In this document: positions 29,751-39,735 of the stretch, piece after piece
Numbering within the stretch: position 1 is the first letter of the stretch
Layout: every line of letters starts with the position of its first letter
Assembly: GCA_041690695.1 (NCBI GenBank)
Contig: JBEPVZ010000003.1
Span: 13,633 to 77,632 of the forward strand
Length of the DNA: 64,000 nt
From: Candidatus Daviesbacteria bacterium
Lineage (GTDB): Bacteria; Patescibacteriota; Microgenomatia; Daviesbacterales; UBA10151
Direction: 5' to 3'
The notes under the pieces: generated by a model
Databases searched by the model: none
What the model saw: the letters and a program-made list of their open reading frames with translations, nothing else
What the model was told of the DNA's origin: nothing
Program-made: the position numbers and the translations under genes

Positions 29751-31121
29751 TCACCTTTTCCAATGTCCCAATCCCAAAAACTCTCTCCACCGAAATGACA
29801 GATGACGTTCTTCAAAGAAAAAATCGGGTTTAAGCATCATTAAACCCATAATTCCAATTGAACCTCCTAGACCAATAAAGATCGGCATAGGACCAAAAAT
29901 ATCCGCTAAAACCCCCGCAAAGACCACCGGAATAATCGAGACGGTCGCCATCATCATCCCCAAAACTGCAAAAACCTTGCCTCGATCAGCTTCAGGCGTA
30001 TTCTCTTGTAAAACCGTTTGAGAAGGAATGACGATTGCGGCCATGGCCAGTCCGATAAAGAAAGCTCCAATTGCCATCACAAACGATAAAGAAGGCTGAC
30101 TAATGAAAGCTAAGGGCTTAGGATGAGGAAAATAACGGGTCGCTGGGGAGATTAAAGGGGCGATTCCAACTGACAGAAATAATATACCAACTAGTAAGAC
30201 TGATCTTCCGACCAGCTTCCGACGAGCTAACTTCCCCCCGATTCGACCGACAATCAATGCTCCTAAGATCAAACCAACGCCTAATGGGGCAATCAAAACA
30301 TATGAGGCATCTGTAGCACTAATCTGGAGAACACGCTCTAAAAAGGATGGAACAAGGACAGCCAGCACACCAATAATAGCCTGGACACCTGCCAGAATAA
30401 AGATCGACATTGAGACCGGTAAATTGTGCCTAATTAATTTTAAAGTTTTCTTCATCTCCAAAGTCACGATTGGCTTTAAAGTTTCCCATTTGCCAGCTCT
30501 CAAATTTTTAATCAAATTGGGAGTATCTGGCTCTAAACGAGCCACAATTTTAGGGAACCGATTGGCCAGTAAAAATGCCGTTATCAGAAAAACCGATCCA
30601 CCCAAAAAGACGAAGTTAATCCCCCACAAGGCAATAATCGGTCCAGCTAAACCAAACCCAACTAGCATCGTTAAAAATAAAGTTATCGAAAAAAGTGAGT
30701 TGGCTTGAAGAAGTTGATTACGTTTAACAATAATAGCAATAGCTGAAGACTCGGCTGGAATATAAAACTGAGCTAGGGTATTTATAAAAAATGTGACTGC
30801 TAAAATAGCTGGATAGTTGTATTTTAGTAAAATTAAACTAGCGAACCCAAAAGAGAGTAACAGGTCAATTACGACAATAATCTTTTTACGATCAATACTA
30901 TCAACTACCACCCCGGCAAACAGACCAAACAAGACGGCAGGTAAGTAAACTGCAAACAGTAAGGCTGAGACAGCTGTATTTGAGTTAGTTAACCTAAATA
31001 CCCAAATAATTAAAGCAAAGTTAAGACTATTATAAGAAAGCTGAACGAGAATTTGGTTAATCCAGAGATTAGTAAAACCACGACTTTTTATAACTGAGCC
31101 AAAGTCATTTTTTTGAGACAT
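29751..31121 (-). CDS. MFS transporter
   Basis: About 12 TM segments, GVVVDSIDRKK motif A, QENTPEADRGKVF. Confidence 0.9.
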   Translation of the reverse strand: MSQKNDFGSVIKSRGFTNLWINQILVQLSYNSLNFALIIWVFRLTNSNTAVSALLFAVYLPAVLFGLFAGVVVDSIDRKKIIVVIDLLLSFGFASLILLKYNYPAILAVTFFINTLAQFYIPAESSAIAIIVKRNQLLQANSLFSITLFLTMLVGFGLAGPIIALWGINFVFLGGSVFLITAFLLANRFPKIVARLEPDTPNLIKNLRAGKWETLKPIVTLEMKKTLKLIRHNLPVSMSIFILAGVQAIIGVLAVLVPSFLERVLQISATDASYVLIAPLGVGLILGALIVGRIGGKLARRKLVGRSVLLVGILFLSVGIAPLISPATRYFPHPKPLAFISQPSLSFVMAIGAFFIGLAMAAIVIPSQTVLQENTPEADRGKVFAVLGMMMATVSIIPVVFAGVLADIFGPMPIFIGLGGSIGIMGLMMLKPDFFFEERHLSFRWREFLGLGHWKR

Positions 31122-31141
31122 CTAGGAAGGTATTATAGCAG

Positions 31142-31990
31142 CTAATTTTGGCAGTTTTCACAATAGAAAGTTCCCCTACCACCTAAAGAGACTCTTTTAA
31201 TTTGAGAATCACAATTCCGACATTTTTGACCAGCCCGGCTATAAACATAGGCATAATCTAAAAAGTAACCCCGACCGCCAGCCACGTTAACATAATGAGT
31301 TTTTGATGAGCCACCATGCTTAATCCCTAAACTTAAGACCTTAATAATGGCTTTATGAATCTTTTTAAAATCATCATCCGTCAGATCTCCGACCTTTTTA
31401 TGTGGGTCTAATTTAGCATCAAAACAAGCCTCACAAGCATAAATATTGCCAACTCCGGCAACGGTTGTTTGATCTAAAATTGCGACTTTAATGGCCAGAG
31501 TTTTATGACGAAGCAAGTTTTTCTTGAGGGTTTGCCAGCTAAAACCCTTTTCAAGTGGTTCAGGACCAAGTTTTTTAATAAATGAAAATTCCCCCACTTC
31601 TGCAGTCGGGAGGATTTTCACCCAGCCAAATTTCCGTTGATCGTTAAAAAAGATCTTTGAACCATCTTCAAGCTCAAAAATAACTCGTGTCGATTTGTTG
31701 GGCATGTCGGAAGTCATATCTTTAGTCGGGTGTCCTCCCCCAAAATCTTCATAACCACGATAGATAATCTGACCTGACATTTTGAGATGAAATAATAAAC
31801 TCATGCGACCTAGATTTATGATTAATACCTTAGCTTTTCTATCAATACTGAGTACTCTTTGTATCTTTACCTCTTCAGGGTCACCGATGAAAGATTTAGG
31901 GTTTAATATCGTGATATTGGTAATAGTTTGGCCAATAATCCGACTTTGGAGGCCAAGTCGAATAGTTTCAACTTCAGGCAGCTCTGGCAT
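31142..31990 (-). CDS. mutM: Formamidopyrimidine-DNA glycosylase
   Basis: MPELPEVE, HLKMSG, DQRKFG, GVGNIYA, CxxC...CxxCQ zinc finger. Confidence 0.96.
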   Translation of the reverse strand: MPELPEVETIRLGLQSRIIGQTITNITILNPKSFIGDPEEVKIQRVLSIDRKAKVLIINLGRMSLLFHLKMSGQIIYRGYEDFGGGHPTKDMTSDMPNKSTRVIFELEDGSKIFFNDQRKFGWVKILPTAEVGEFSFIKKLGPEPLEKGFSWQTLKKNLLRHKTLAIKVAILDQTTVAGVGNIYACEACFDAKLDPHKKVGDLTDDDFKKIHKAIIKVLSLGIKHGGSSKTHYVNVAGGRGYFLDYAYVYSRAGQKCRNCDSQIKRVSLGGRGTFYCENCQN

Positions 31991-32081
31991 GCAGAAAATT
32001 CTAACACACTTTAGTCTGCCACATCGGAGGTGGGAAGCTAAATAATTTGCTATCTAACTATTATAGGTCTATAATACGCAC

Positions 32082-33088
32082 ATGGAAATTAGTCGAGGAC
32101 AATTTATAACAAAAGCTGCTGGCCTAGTTGCCGGTTCATCTTTATTACAACAATCAGTCGAAGCAAATGAAACTCGTGGCGGTGGATCAAAGTCCCTAGA
32201 AATCTTAACGGAAGCCCTTGATTATAGCCCGGCATCCTCTTTAAAGCAGCTCGCCAGAGCAAGTGTCACTGACTATTATGGGGGTCATCCTAATAGTGTC
32301 ATTGTCAGAGGTGGGGTCAAAATTATGGTTCAACAACCAAAATTAATAATTTCAAATCAAGTAATCCAAGATGCACCAAATACTTATCGAGGTGGTGAAT
32401 ATCAGATCAGACATACTGATCCAGCCGTAAAATTGTTACATCCCCGTCAAAACTTGAGACTTTACCTACCTATGAAGATTTTTTAACAGATAGTGAACGT
32501 CGAAAGTATTCACAACCAGTTGTTTCTGTTCCAGTCATATTTCCAAAAGCAGTAGGTCTTCAACTCGGATTAGAACCTGAGATTGTAATCTATAACATCT
32601 CAAACGGAAATCAAGACCAATCGCAAACATATAACCAATTTAGTTTGCTTAAAGAGATATATACCTTAACCGCACTTGATTTATGGATGGAAAAAGCAGT
32701 CGCAGAGATGGCGCAGATTCATGAGAGACCTGTTACTGAATTAATAATGTCAAATGGATTGTCTAAACAAGCTGAATTAGTCAGCTCAGCAATTAACGAG
32801 ATGTACGATCGACAACATCGATTTGTAGCAGGAATCGATTTAGCAGGCTACTTATTAACTTTTAAAGCACTCCAAAATACTCCATTGCTTGAAAAGGTTC
32901 GCTACTATGATCCTAATATTCGATCAGTAACTGATAAGACAAAACAACTTAATTTAACTGACGATCCTAATCAAATTATCTCTAGAGCGCTACATTGGGT
33001 TATCAATAACCCGGCTGCTCGAGTCCTCCACTATCATGGAGATATAAATCAATTAGTACTTAATGAAAATGAACGATTAGTAGCTTAA
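32082..33088 (+). pseudogene. Frameshifted exported hypothetical protein (joins ORFs 32082..32486 and 32645..33088)
   Basis: The frame of the 32645 ORF is open upstream to about 32419 (RKIVTSPSKLETLPTYEDFLTDSERRKY...), overlapping the first ORF; one -1 shift gives a single ~335-aa protein. Confidence 0.6.
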
Positions 33089-34183
33089 GTTTTTATCGAT
33101 TAAAGCTAATATCTCTTTTTTAAATCTCTCTTTCGAAAACTTTTCGGCATTCTTAATACAATCCTCTGCCTTATATTTAGTCTGATCAAAGTCAGTTAAT
33201 ACTTCTGATAATGAATCAATGGTCGCTTCTTTGAAAAATTCACCTGTTTTGCCTGGAATAACCGTCTCGAGATAGCCACCAGCTTTGACTGCTATAACTG
33301 GAATACCGGCCGCTTGGGCTTCAACAGCAGTTATTCCAAAATCTTCGTCTTCCGAAGCTACAATTAAAGCTTTAGCACCATGATAAAGCTTAATTCGCTC
33401 CTCATCGGTAACTTCACCGACAAATTCGACCGTCTTGCCAGCCAATTTCTTGAGTCGCTCGAGTTCTGGCCCACCACCAGCCACTTTAAGCGGAACGTTC
33501 AATGCTGTACAAGCTTGAACTGTTATATCAGTCCCCTTCCCCCGAACCAGCCGATTCAAACTCAGAAAATATTTCTTTTCGCCTAGTTCCTTATTCTTCG
33601 TTCCTAGTTCTGCCACTTCCACTGGTGGATAGATAACGACTGAATCCCGCCTGTAGAACTTCTTAATTCGAGCTTGAACATTCTTGGAGTTGGCAATTAA
33701 GATATCTGGCCTTTGGGAAGTTTCAAAATCATAAATCCGTAAAAAGTGATTCATTAACTCCCCAATCACCCGAGTTAAGAAATGTTTTTTATAATTAAAT
33801 GAAGTTGTGTAGCCATATAAATAACGTGGCGGGGTGTGAATATAACTTAAATGCAAGGCTTCAGGTTTAGTAATAACCGCCTTTGAAAAATAAATTGAAC
33901 AAGACGAGATGACAACGTCATACTCGGTCAAATTAAAACTCTCGAAGATTGATGGGGCAAAGATTCGAAATGGTGATAATAACTTGTTGGCACCAGGAAA
34001 CTTTTGTAACCATGAAGTTCGGATATCCCATTTTTTAATTCGGTCAGCATGTGGACCCAAACCAGCTAAGTTTAAATAAGCGGTATAAACGGGGGCCTCT
34101 GGGAAAATTTCATGGAGAGTCTCCAAAACCCTCTCTGCTCCCCCATATTCCCTTAAATAGTCATGTATTAATGCAACTTTCAT
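33077..34183 (-). CDS. Glycosyltransferase family 4
   Basis: MKVALIHDYL..GGAERVL, HTPPRY, ANSKNV, EDFGITAVEAQAAG. Confidence 0.92.
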   Translation of the reverse strand: MKVALIHDYLREYGGAERVLETLHEIFPEAPVYTAYLNLAGLGPHADRIKKWDIRTSWLQKFPGANKLLSPFRIFAPSIFESFNLTEYDVVISSCSIYFSKAVITKPEALHLSYIHTPPRYLYGYTTSFNYKKHFLTRVIGELMNHFLRIYDFETSQRPDILIANSKNVQARIKKFYRRDSVVIYPPVEVAELGTKNKELGEKKYFLSLNRLVRGKGTDITVQACTALNVPLKVAGGGPELERLKKLAGKTVEFVGEVTDEERIKLYHGAKALIVASEDEDFGITAVEAQAAGIPVIAVKAGGYLETVIPGKTGEFFKEATIDSLSEVLTDFDQTKYKAEDCIKNAEKFSKERFKKEILALIDKNLSY

Positions 34184-34192
34184 AACCTACTA

Positions 34193-34270
34193 CTGTCATC
34201 CCTGCGAAAGCAGGGATCCAATTAAAAACTTAACTATTTATATAGATTCCCGCCTACGCGGGAATGACAG
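34193..34270. repeat. Palindromic element with two dRS3-like arms
   Basis: CTGTCATCCCTGCGAAAGCAGGGATC...GATTCCCGCCTACGCGGGAATGACAG; each arm is a hairpin and the ends are inverted. Confidence 0.8.
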
Positions 34271-34331
34271 AAGTGAGATTAGTATATAGTATTTGGTATT
34301 TAGGGTCACCTTAGTTTAAAATAGTTAGGTT

Positions 34332-35276
34332 ATGGATTTCTCCCTAGTTGCTAAAGATGTCGTTAAACATTACCCCAAGGCTTCAGTCAACGCCGTTGAT
34401 GGGATAAATCTCGAGGTTAAAACTGGTGAGATCTATGGATTCCTAGGCCCAAATGGGGCTGGTAAGTCAACCGCCATCAAGATGTTCGTGACTACCCTAT
34501 TCCCGACTTCAGGTCAGATCCTAGTTGATGGCTTAGATCCGAAGAAAGATTCGAATAAGGTTCGCCAACAAATTGGGGTGGTTTATCAAAGTGTCAGTTT
34601 AGATGAGAATTTAACGGCTGAAGAAAATTTAAGATCTCACGCCGTTTTATATAACATAACTGGTTTTGCCTTAACTTACAAAGCTACCAGTCCTAAATAC
34701 AAAAAGCGACTGGATGAGGTTTTAACACTAGTTGATCTGGCTGATAAAAAGTTTGATATTGTCAAAACCTTTAGCGGAGGAATGAAAAGACGGCTCGATA
34801 TTGCTAAAGCTTTGCTTCATTTTCCGAAAGTTTTATTTTTAGATGAACCGACGACGGGGCTTGATCCTCAAAGCCGCAAAGCGGTTTGGGAATATCTGAC
34901 AACTCTTCAAAAACAACACAGTTTTACAGTTTTTTTAACCACTCAGTACCTGGAAGAAGCTGAGATTTGTAACCGAATTAGTATTATTGACCATGGCAAG
35001 ATCCTTGTCACCGATACCCCAGCTAATTTAAAGAAGAGTGTCGGTGAAGAGCTTCTTTACTTAAAACCAGCCAAGAAAGAAGCTTTGGAAGCTGAGTTAA
35101 ATAAGCATGACATTGCCTTTTCAGTCGACAGTTTTGGGGATTATATTATTGATTTAAAGCACAAGAAAGCTCAAGATATTTTGCGATTAATCAAATGCGA
35201 TTTAGAAGAGATTAATATTAAAAAACCATCGTTAGATGATGTTTTTATTAAGTACACTGGAAGGAAAATAGAATGA
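34332..35276 (+). CDS. ABC exporter ATP-binding subunit (DrrA-like)
   Basis: GPNGAGKS, FSGGMKRR, LFLDEPTTGLD. Confidence 0.93.
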   Translation: MDFSLVAKDVVKHYPKASVNAVDGINLEVKTGEIYGFLGPNGAGKSTAIKMFVTTLFPTSGQILVDGLDPKKDSNKVRQQIGVVYQSVSLDENLTAEENLRSHAVLYNITGFALTYKATSPKYKKRLDEVLTLVDLADKKFDIVKTFSGGMKRRLDIAKALLHFPKVLFLDEPTTGLDPQSRKAVWEYLTTLQKQHSFTVFLTTQYLEEAEICNRISIIDHGKILVTDTPANLKKSVGEELLYLKPAKKEALEAELNKHDIAFSVDSFGDYIIDLKHKKAQDILRLIKCDLEEINIKKPSLDDVFIKYTGRKIE

Positions 35277-36055
35277 ATGAACTAAACAAAACTTTAACTC
35301 TTGCCCAACGCGATTTAATGAAGTTCTTGCGTGATCGTGGTCGAATTGTGGCGACTTTTATCTTTCCAATTATTTTTATCGGGGTATTTGGGGTAACTTT
35401 GAATGCTGGACTTGGCAAATATAACTTAGGTTTTAGCTATATTGATTACGTCTTTGCCGGCATGCTTTTACAAACCGTTTTCCAAAGCAGCTTTGCCGGT
35501 ATTACTTCCCTATTACTAGATCGAGAGAAAGATTTTTCGATGAGTATTTTCGTTGCACCAGTCTCGCGCTATTCAATTGTCTTGGGAAAAATCCTGGGCG
35601 AAAGTTTAGTCAGCTTTTTACAACTGTTCGGCATTATCTTGTTTGGTAAGCTGATTGGAGTCAGTTTTGGTTTTGATAAATTATTACTGGCTCTACCAGT
35701 TTGTTTACTCGGTTGTATCGTTGGAGCTAGTTTTGGAATTTTGGTCGCCAGTCGGATTAGCAAAGCTGATAACGCTCAGAGAATCTTTCCTTTTTTGGTT
35801 TTTCCAATGATCTTTTTAAGTGGAGCCTTTACCCCAGTTAATAATTTACCCTGGTTTTTAAATATCTTAAAAGAGATTAATCCGATTTATTATGGAGTGG
35901 ATATGATCAGAAATGTTTTATTTGCTGGGACAGCTGCTCTACCGCTTGTTACTTCAAACACCTTCTTGTTTGATTTAACAGTTTTCAGCGTTTTGGGAGT
36001 AGTCTTCTTTATTGTCGGAACATTTCTGTTTACTCAAAAAGAGGGCAATCGATAA
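35273..36055 (+). CDS. ABC-2 type permease (DrrB-like)
   Basis: About 6 TM segments, DRE...VAPVSR...GK, FLSGAF, INPIYY; ATGA overlap. Confidence 0.9.
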   Translation: MNELNKTLTLAQRDLMKFLRDRGRIVATFIFPIIFIGVFGVTLNAGLGKYNLGFSYIDYVFAGMLLQTVFQSSFAGITSLLLDREKDFSMSIFVAPVSRYSIVLGKILGESLVSFLQLFGIILFGKLIGVSFGFDKLLLALPVCLLGCIVGASFGILVASRISKADNAQRIFPFLVFPMIFLSGAFTPVNNLPWFLNILKEINPIYYGVDMIRNVLFAGTAALPLVTSNTFLFDLTVFSVLGVVFFIVGTFLFTQKEGNR

Positions 36056-36153
36056 TGAACAGTTCTCATCCTTATTACTGGGTACACCAGATAATCGCTT
36101 TACGAGTCTTTCTCTTTGTCCTCGTTTTAGTATTTATAATAACAATTGTCTGG

Positions 36154-37170
36154 TTATTGACCCGTCACAGAAAATAGAGTTTTTTCGATCGCCGCCAGTA
36201 ATTCTTTCTTGGATTCTTCAAATGGTTTAGTTAACATCGCCCCAGCGGCCCCTTTATGCCCACCACCACCGATTGATGTCGCCAATTTTGATAGATCATA
36301 TTTTTCACTATCTTGAGTTCGCATGCTGATCGCAATCATATTTGGTTCTTTTTCAACAAAACTAATCCCAATCTCCCAGCCGACCACTTCAATTAAATGA
36401 CTCGACATACCACTCTTTTCGGTGTATTGGCTATCAATTTTAAGTTCTTTTAATTTGTGATACGGAATCTCGATGATCGCAACTTTATCATCAAAATAGT
36501 TTTGAATTGAGTTTAAAGCCAGCGCTTCAAACCGCAATTGAGCAGGCTCTTTAGTCGCTTCCATCTTAGCAATCAATTTAGGAAAGTCAGGATTGATCTT
36601 AGCTAACGCGGAGGCAGCTTCGAAAGTTTCAGAGGTGACGCCTGAAAACTTAAACAATGAATCGCTATAAATTCCCACCAATAGACAAGCGGCAGCCTCT
36701 TTACTAATCTCAACTCCCCAATTACTGACAACATCAAAAATCAGTTGAGCATTGGCCGGATAGTTACTATCGACTAAATTAAGTTGGCCAAAGCCTAAAT
36801 TACTAGAATGATGATCTATGACGATCGTTTTTAAATGATCTGGAAATTTAACCTCCTCAAGTCGAGAGACCATCTCTTTAGTTGAGCTATCCATAATAAT
36901 GAAGAGGTCAAACTTTGATAAATCGGTTTCACCATAATTTTTGAGGATAATCTGATCCGCGCCAGGTAAAATTTGGAGGTTGATTGGCAATTTTGAATCT
37001 CCCCCAATAACGGTGGCTTTTTTACCCATGGCTTGCAAAATATGCATTAAGCCGAGCGCTCCCCCAGCCGAATCACCATCTGGGCTTGGGTGAAGATGTA
37101 AAAGAATACTATTTGATTGTTTAATTGTCTCAAGAATTTGGGGAGCTAGCTGATGAACTTTTTCAGACAT
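36154..37170 (-). CDS. DHH/DHHA1 phosphoesterase (NrnA-like)
   Basis: HPSPDGD, DHH, SD, SMR, GGGGH. Confidence 0.9.
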   Translation of the reverse strand: MSEKVHQLAPQILETIKQSNSILLHLHPSPDGDSAGGALGLMHILQAMGKKATVIGGDSKLPINLQILPGADQIILKNYGETDLSKFDLFIIMDSSTKEMVSRLEEVKFPDHLKTIVIDHHSSNLGFGQLNLVDSNYPANAQLIFDVVSNWGVEISKEAAACLLVGIYSDSLFKFSGVTSETFEAASALAKINPDFPKLIAKMEATKEPAQLRFEALALNSIQNYFDDKVAIIEIPYHKLKELKIDSQYTEKSGMSSHLIEVVGWEIGISFVEKEPNMIAISMRTQDSEKYDLSKLATSIGGGGHKGAAGAMLTKPFEESKKELLAAIEKTLFSVTGQ

Positions 37171-37221
37171 AAAGGTGATTATAGCGTATTAGGTATGGTA
37201 AAGTTATAAAGAGAAACTGCC

Positions 37222-39735
37222 ATGCTGACACTGCCTTTTAGATTCTTAAAATTCTATTTCCTTGACGCTGCCCGAACCTGGCTTAGAATGTGGACCAATA
37301 CCATGGCCTTTTTGGAAGAAGATCTGGCTGTTGGTTTAATGCTCAAGTTAATCTTCACCCCCCTTTTTCATGATCGAACGCTGGCTGGCCGATTTTTAAG
37401 TTTTATCTTTCGAGTCACTCGAATTGTCTGGGGGCTTTTTGCTTACTTAGCCGCGACCATCGTCATTTTTGGCTTAACTTTTGTCTGGTTTGCCCATCCT
37501 CTGATTATTATGGGCTGGCCGGAGTATTGGTATGTTAGCTTAGGAATTCTCCTTTTTAGCATCGCTTTATTTATCGATCGAGTGGTTGTTTATCCAAAGC
37601 GACCCCTCCGCCATGCTCAGAATTTAAGTCAGATTTGGGAAACGACCAAGCTTCATAAAAGTGATATTACCTGGGCTAAATTAACTCCGATGTTTGAGGT
37701 TAAGTTGTTGCTAGAGAGCCTCGAGCTAAATCCAACCCAATTTGGAAATTTAGAGATCCCATTTGATGATCAATTAGTTTTACGCGCCACTGAACTAGCC
37801 AGACAATGCAAAGCTCAATACCTAACCGCTGTCTACTTTTGGGTAGCGATGGTTGAGAGAGTTCCCAACCTAGATAACGAACTCTTAAAAGTTAATTTAA
37901 AAATCGATGATTTTCATCAAGCTTTAAACTTTTTTGAACACAAACGAAATACTTGGCGACGAATCTATATTTGGGATGAAGATTTCTCAGTTAGACACTT
38001 AAAAGGAACCAATCGAGGCTGGCTGGCAGCACCGACCCCAGCTTTAGACGCCGCCTCAGTCGATCTAACCAAAGAAGCCGCCCGATTTGGAGTGCCTGAT
38101 TTTATCGGCCGGAAAGAGGTCTTAGATCAAGTTATTAATGTTTTGTCATCAGATGGCAATCATAATTTAGTTTTAGTTGGTCCTGTTGGAACGGGTAAAA
38201 CAGCTTTGGTTAAATATTTGGCCAAGATGATTGTTCAAGGAAATGCTCCAAAATCGATGGCCACCAAGCGACTGGTTTTCCTTGAGCCAGCCCGGTTAAT
38301 GTCTGGCGCCAATAACGAAGGAGAGTTGGCTGAAAAGATTAAAAATGTCTTTGATGAGATTAGTTTTATTGAAGATGTCATTATCTTTATTGATGAGATT
38401 CATACTTTAGGGACTGGTGAGGCTGGGTCAACCTATAACCTATTCTCCTTGCTCGCTCCAGAGCTCGAATCCCAAAATTTTCAGTTTTTAGGTACAACTG
38501 AGCCTGAAAATTACAATCGAACGATTGAAAAAAACGGTTCGTTTGCTCGTATCTTTACCCGAGTTGATATTCCCCCAGCCAGTCCTGAAGAGACGATCGA
38601 GATTCTTCAAAACAGGGCTATTGATATGGAACGTTATCAAAAAACTAAGGTCACATTTTTAGCGATCAAGGAGGTTGTTCATTTAGCTAGCCGGTTTATT
38701 CATGAGCGAGTTTTGCCAGATAGCGCCATTTCAGTTTTGGAAGATTGTCAAACTTTAGTTAAATCTCAAACTGATAAGCAAATTAATCTTAAGCTAGTCC
38801 GCCAAGTTTTAGGCCAGAGAGTCAAAGTTCCAGTTGCCGAAATTAATCCTGATCAAAAGAAACAACTTTTGAATTTAGAAGATCAGATTCATGCTAAGTT
38901 CATCGATCAAGAAGAGGCCGTTAAAGATGTTTCGACAGTCCTCCGCCGAAGTGCGGCCCAACTCCGCGAAACCAATCGGCCAATTGGCTCATTCTTATTC
39001 GTTGGTCCGACTGGTGTTGGAAAAACTGAACTAGCTAAAACCTTATCTGAAGTTTACTTTAAAGGTCGGGATACTTTCGTCCGGTTTGATATGTCAGAGT
39101 ATCAAAATGCTGATTCGGTTAATCGCCTACTTGGCACTGACACAGAGCCAGGTCAACTAACGGAAATTATTTATCATCAACCTTATTGTCTACTGTTACT
39201 CGACGAGTTTGAAAAGGCTCATCCTCAGATTTTAACTCTGTTTTTACAGGTCTTGGACGACGGACGGTTAACCGATGGGGGCGGTAAAACGGTTGATTTT
39301 AGTAATACCATTATTATCGCCACCTCAAATGCGGCTTCGGTTACTATCGCTGAAGGACTTAAGGCCAAAAAACCACTAACTGAGATTAAAGCCACTGTTA
39401 CGGAAGAGCTTTTAAAGATTTATCGTCCAGAGTTAGTCAACCGGTTTGATGAGGTAGTTATCTTTAAACCACTCTCCCCTGAAGATCTTGATAAGGTCGT
39501 AACGATTAAATTGGCTAGTCTTAAAGCTAATCTCAAAGAACAAGGCTACTTGGTTGATTTTGCGCCAGCTTTAGTTGCGGAACTTGGTAAACGAGGCTTT
39601 GATCCGGTCCTAGGTGCCCGACCACTCAGACGATTAATCCAAGACACTTTGGAAGCGAGATTGTCGGTCATGATCTTGGAAGATAAGTTGCCAAAAGGCC
39701 AGCCAACTGAGATCGGGGTAGAAGTTTTAACATGA
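37222..39735 (+). CDS. Clp/Hsp100 AAA+ ATPase with N-terminal membrane segments
   Basis: Two Walker A (GPVGTGKT, GPTGVGKT), Walker B (FIDEIH, LDEFEK), FDMSEY, GARPLRR; hydrophobic N-terminus. Confidence 0.9.
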   Translation: MLTLPFRFLKFYFLDAARTWLRMWTNTMAFLEEDLAVGLMLKLIFTPLFHDRTLAGRFLSFIFRVTRIVWGLFAYLAATIVIFGLTFVWFAHPLIIMGWPEYWYVSLGILLFSIALFIDRVVVYPKRPLRHAQNLSQIWETTKLHKSDITWAKLTPMFEVKLLLESLELNPTQFGNLEIPFDDQLVLRATELARQCKAQYLTAVYFWVAMVERVPNLDNELLKVNLKIDDFHQALNFFEHKRNTWRRIYIWDEDFSVRHLKGTNRGWLAAPTPALDAASVDLTKEAARFGVPDFIGRKEVLDQVINVLSSDGNHNLVLVGPVGTGKTALVKYLAKMIVQGNAPKSMATKRLVFLEPARLMSGANNEGELAEKIKNVFDEISFIEDVIIFIDEIHTLGTGEAGSTYNLFSLLAPELESQNFQFLGTTEPENYNRTIEKNGSFARIFTRVDIPPASPEETIEILQNRAIDMERYQKTKVTFLAIKEVVHLASRFIHERVLPDSAISVLEDCQTLVKSQTDKQINLKLVRQVLGQRVKVPVAEINPDQKKQLLNLEDQIHAKFIDQEEAVKDVSTVLRRSAAQLRETNRPIGSFLFVGPTGVGKTELAKTLSEVYFKGRDTFVRFDMSEYQNADSVNRLLGTDTEPGQLTEIIYHQPYCLLLLDEFEKAHPQILTLFLQVLDDGRLTDGGGKTVDFSNTIIIATSNAASVTIAEGLKAKKPLTEIKATVTEELLKIYRPELVNRFDEVVIFKPLSPEDLDKVVTIKLASLKANLKEQGYLVDFAPALVAELGKRGFDPVLGARPLRRLIQDTLEARLSVMILEDKLPKGQPTEIGVEVLT

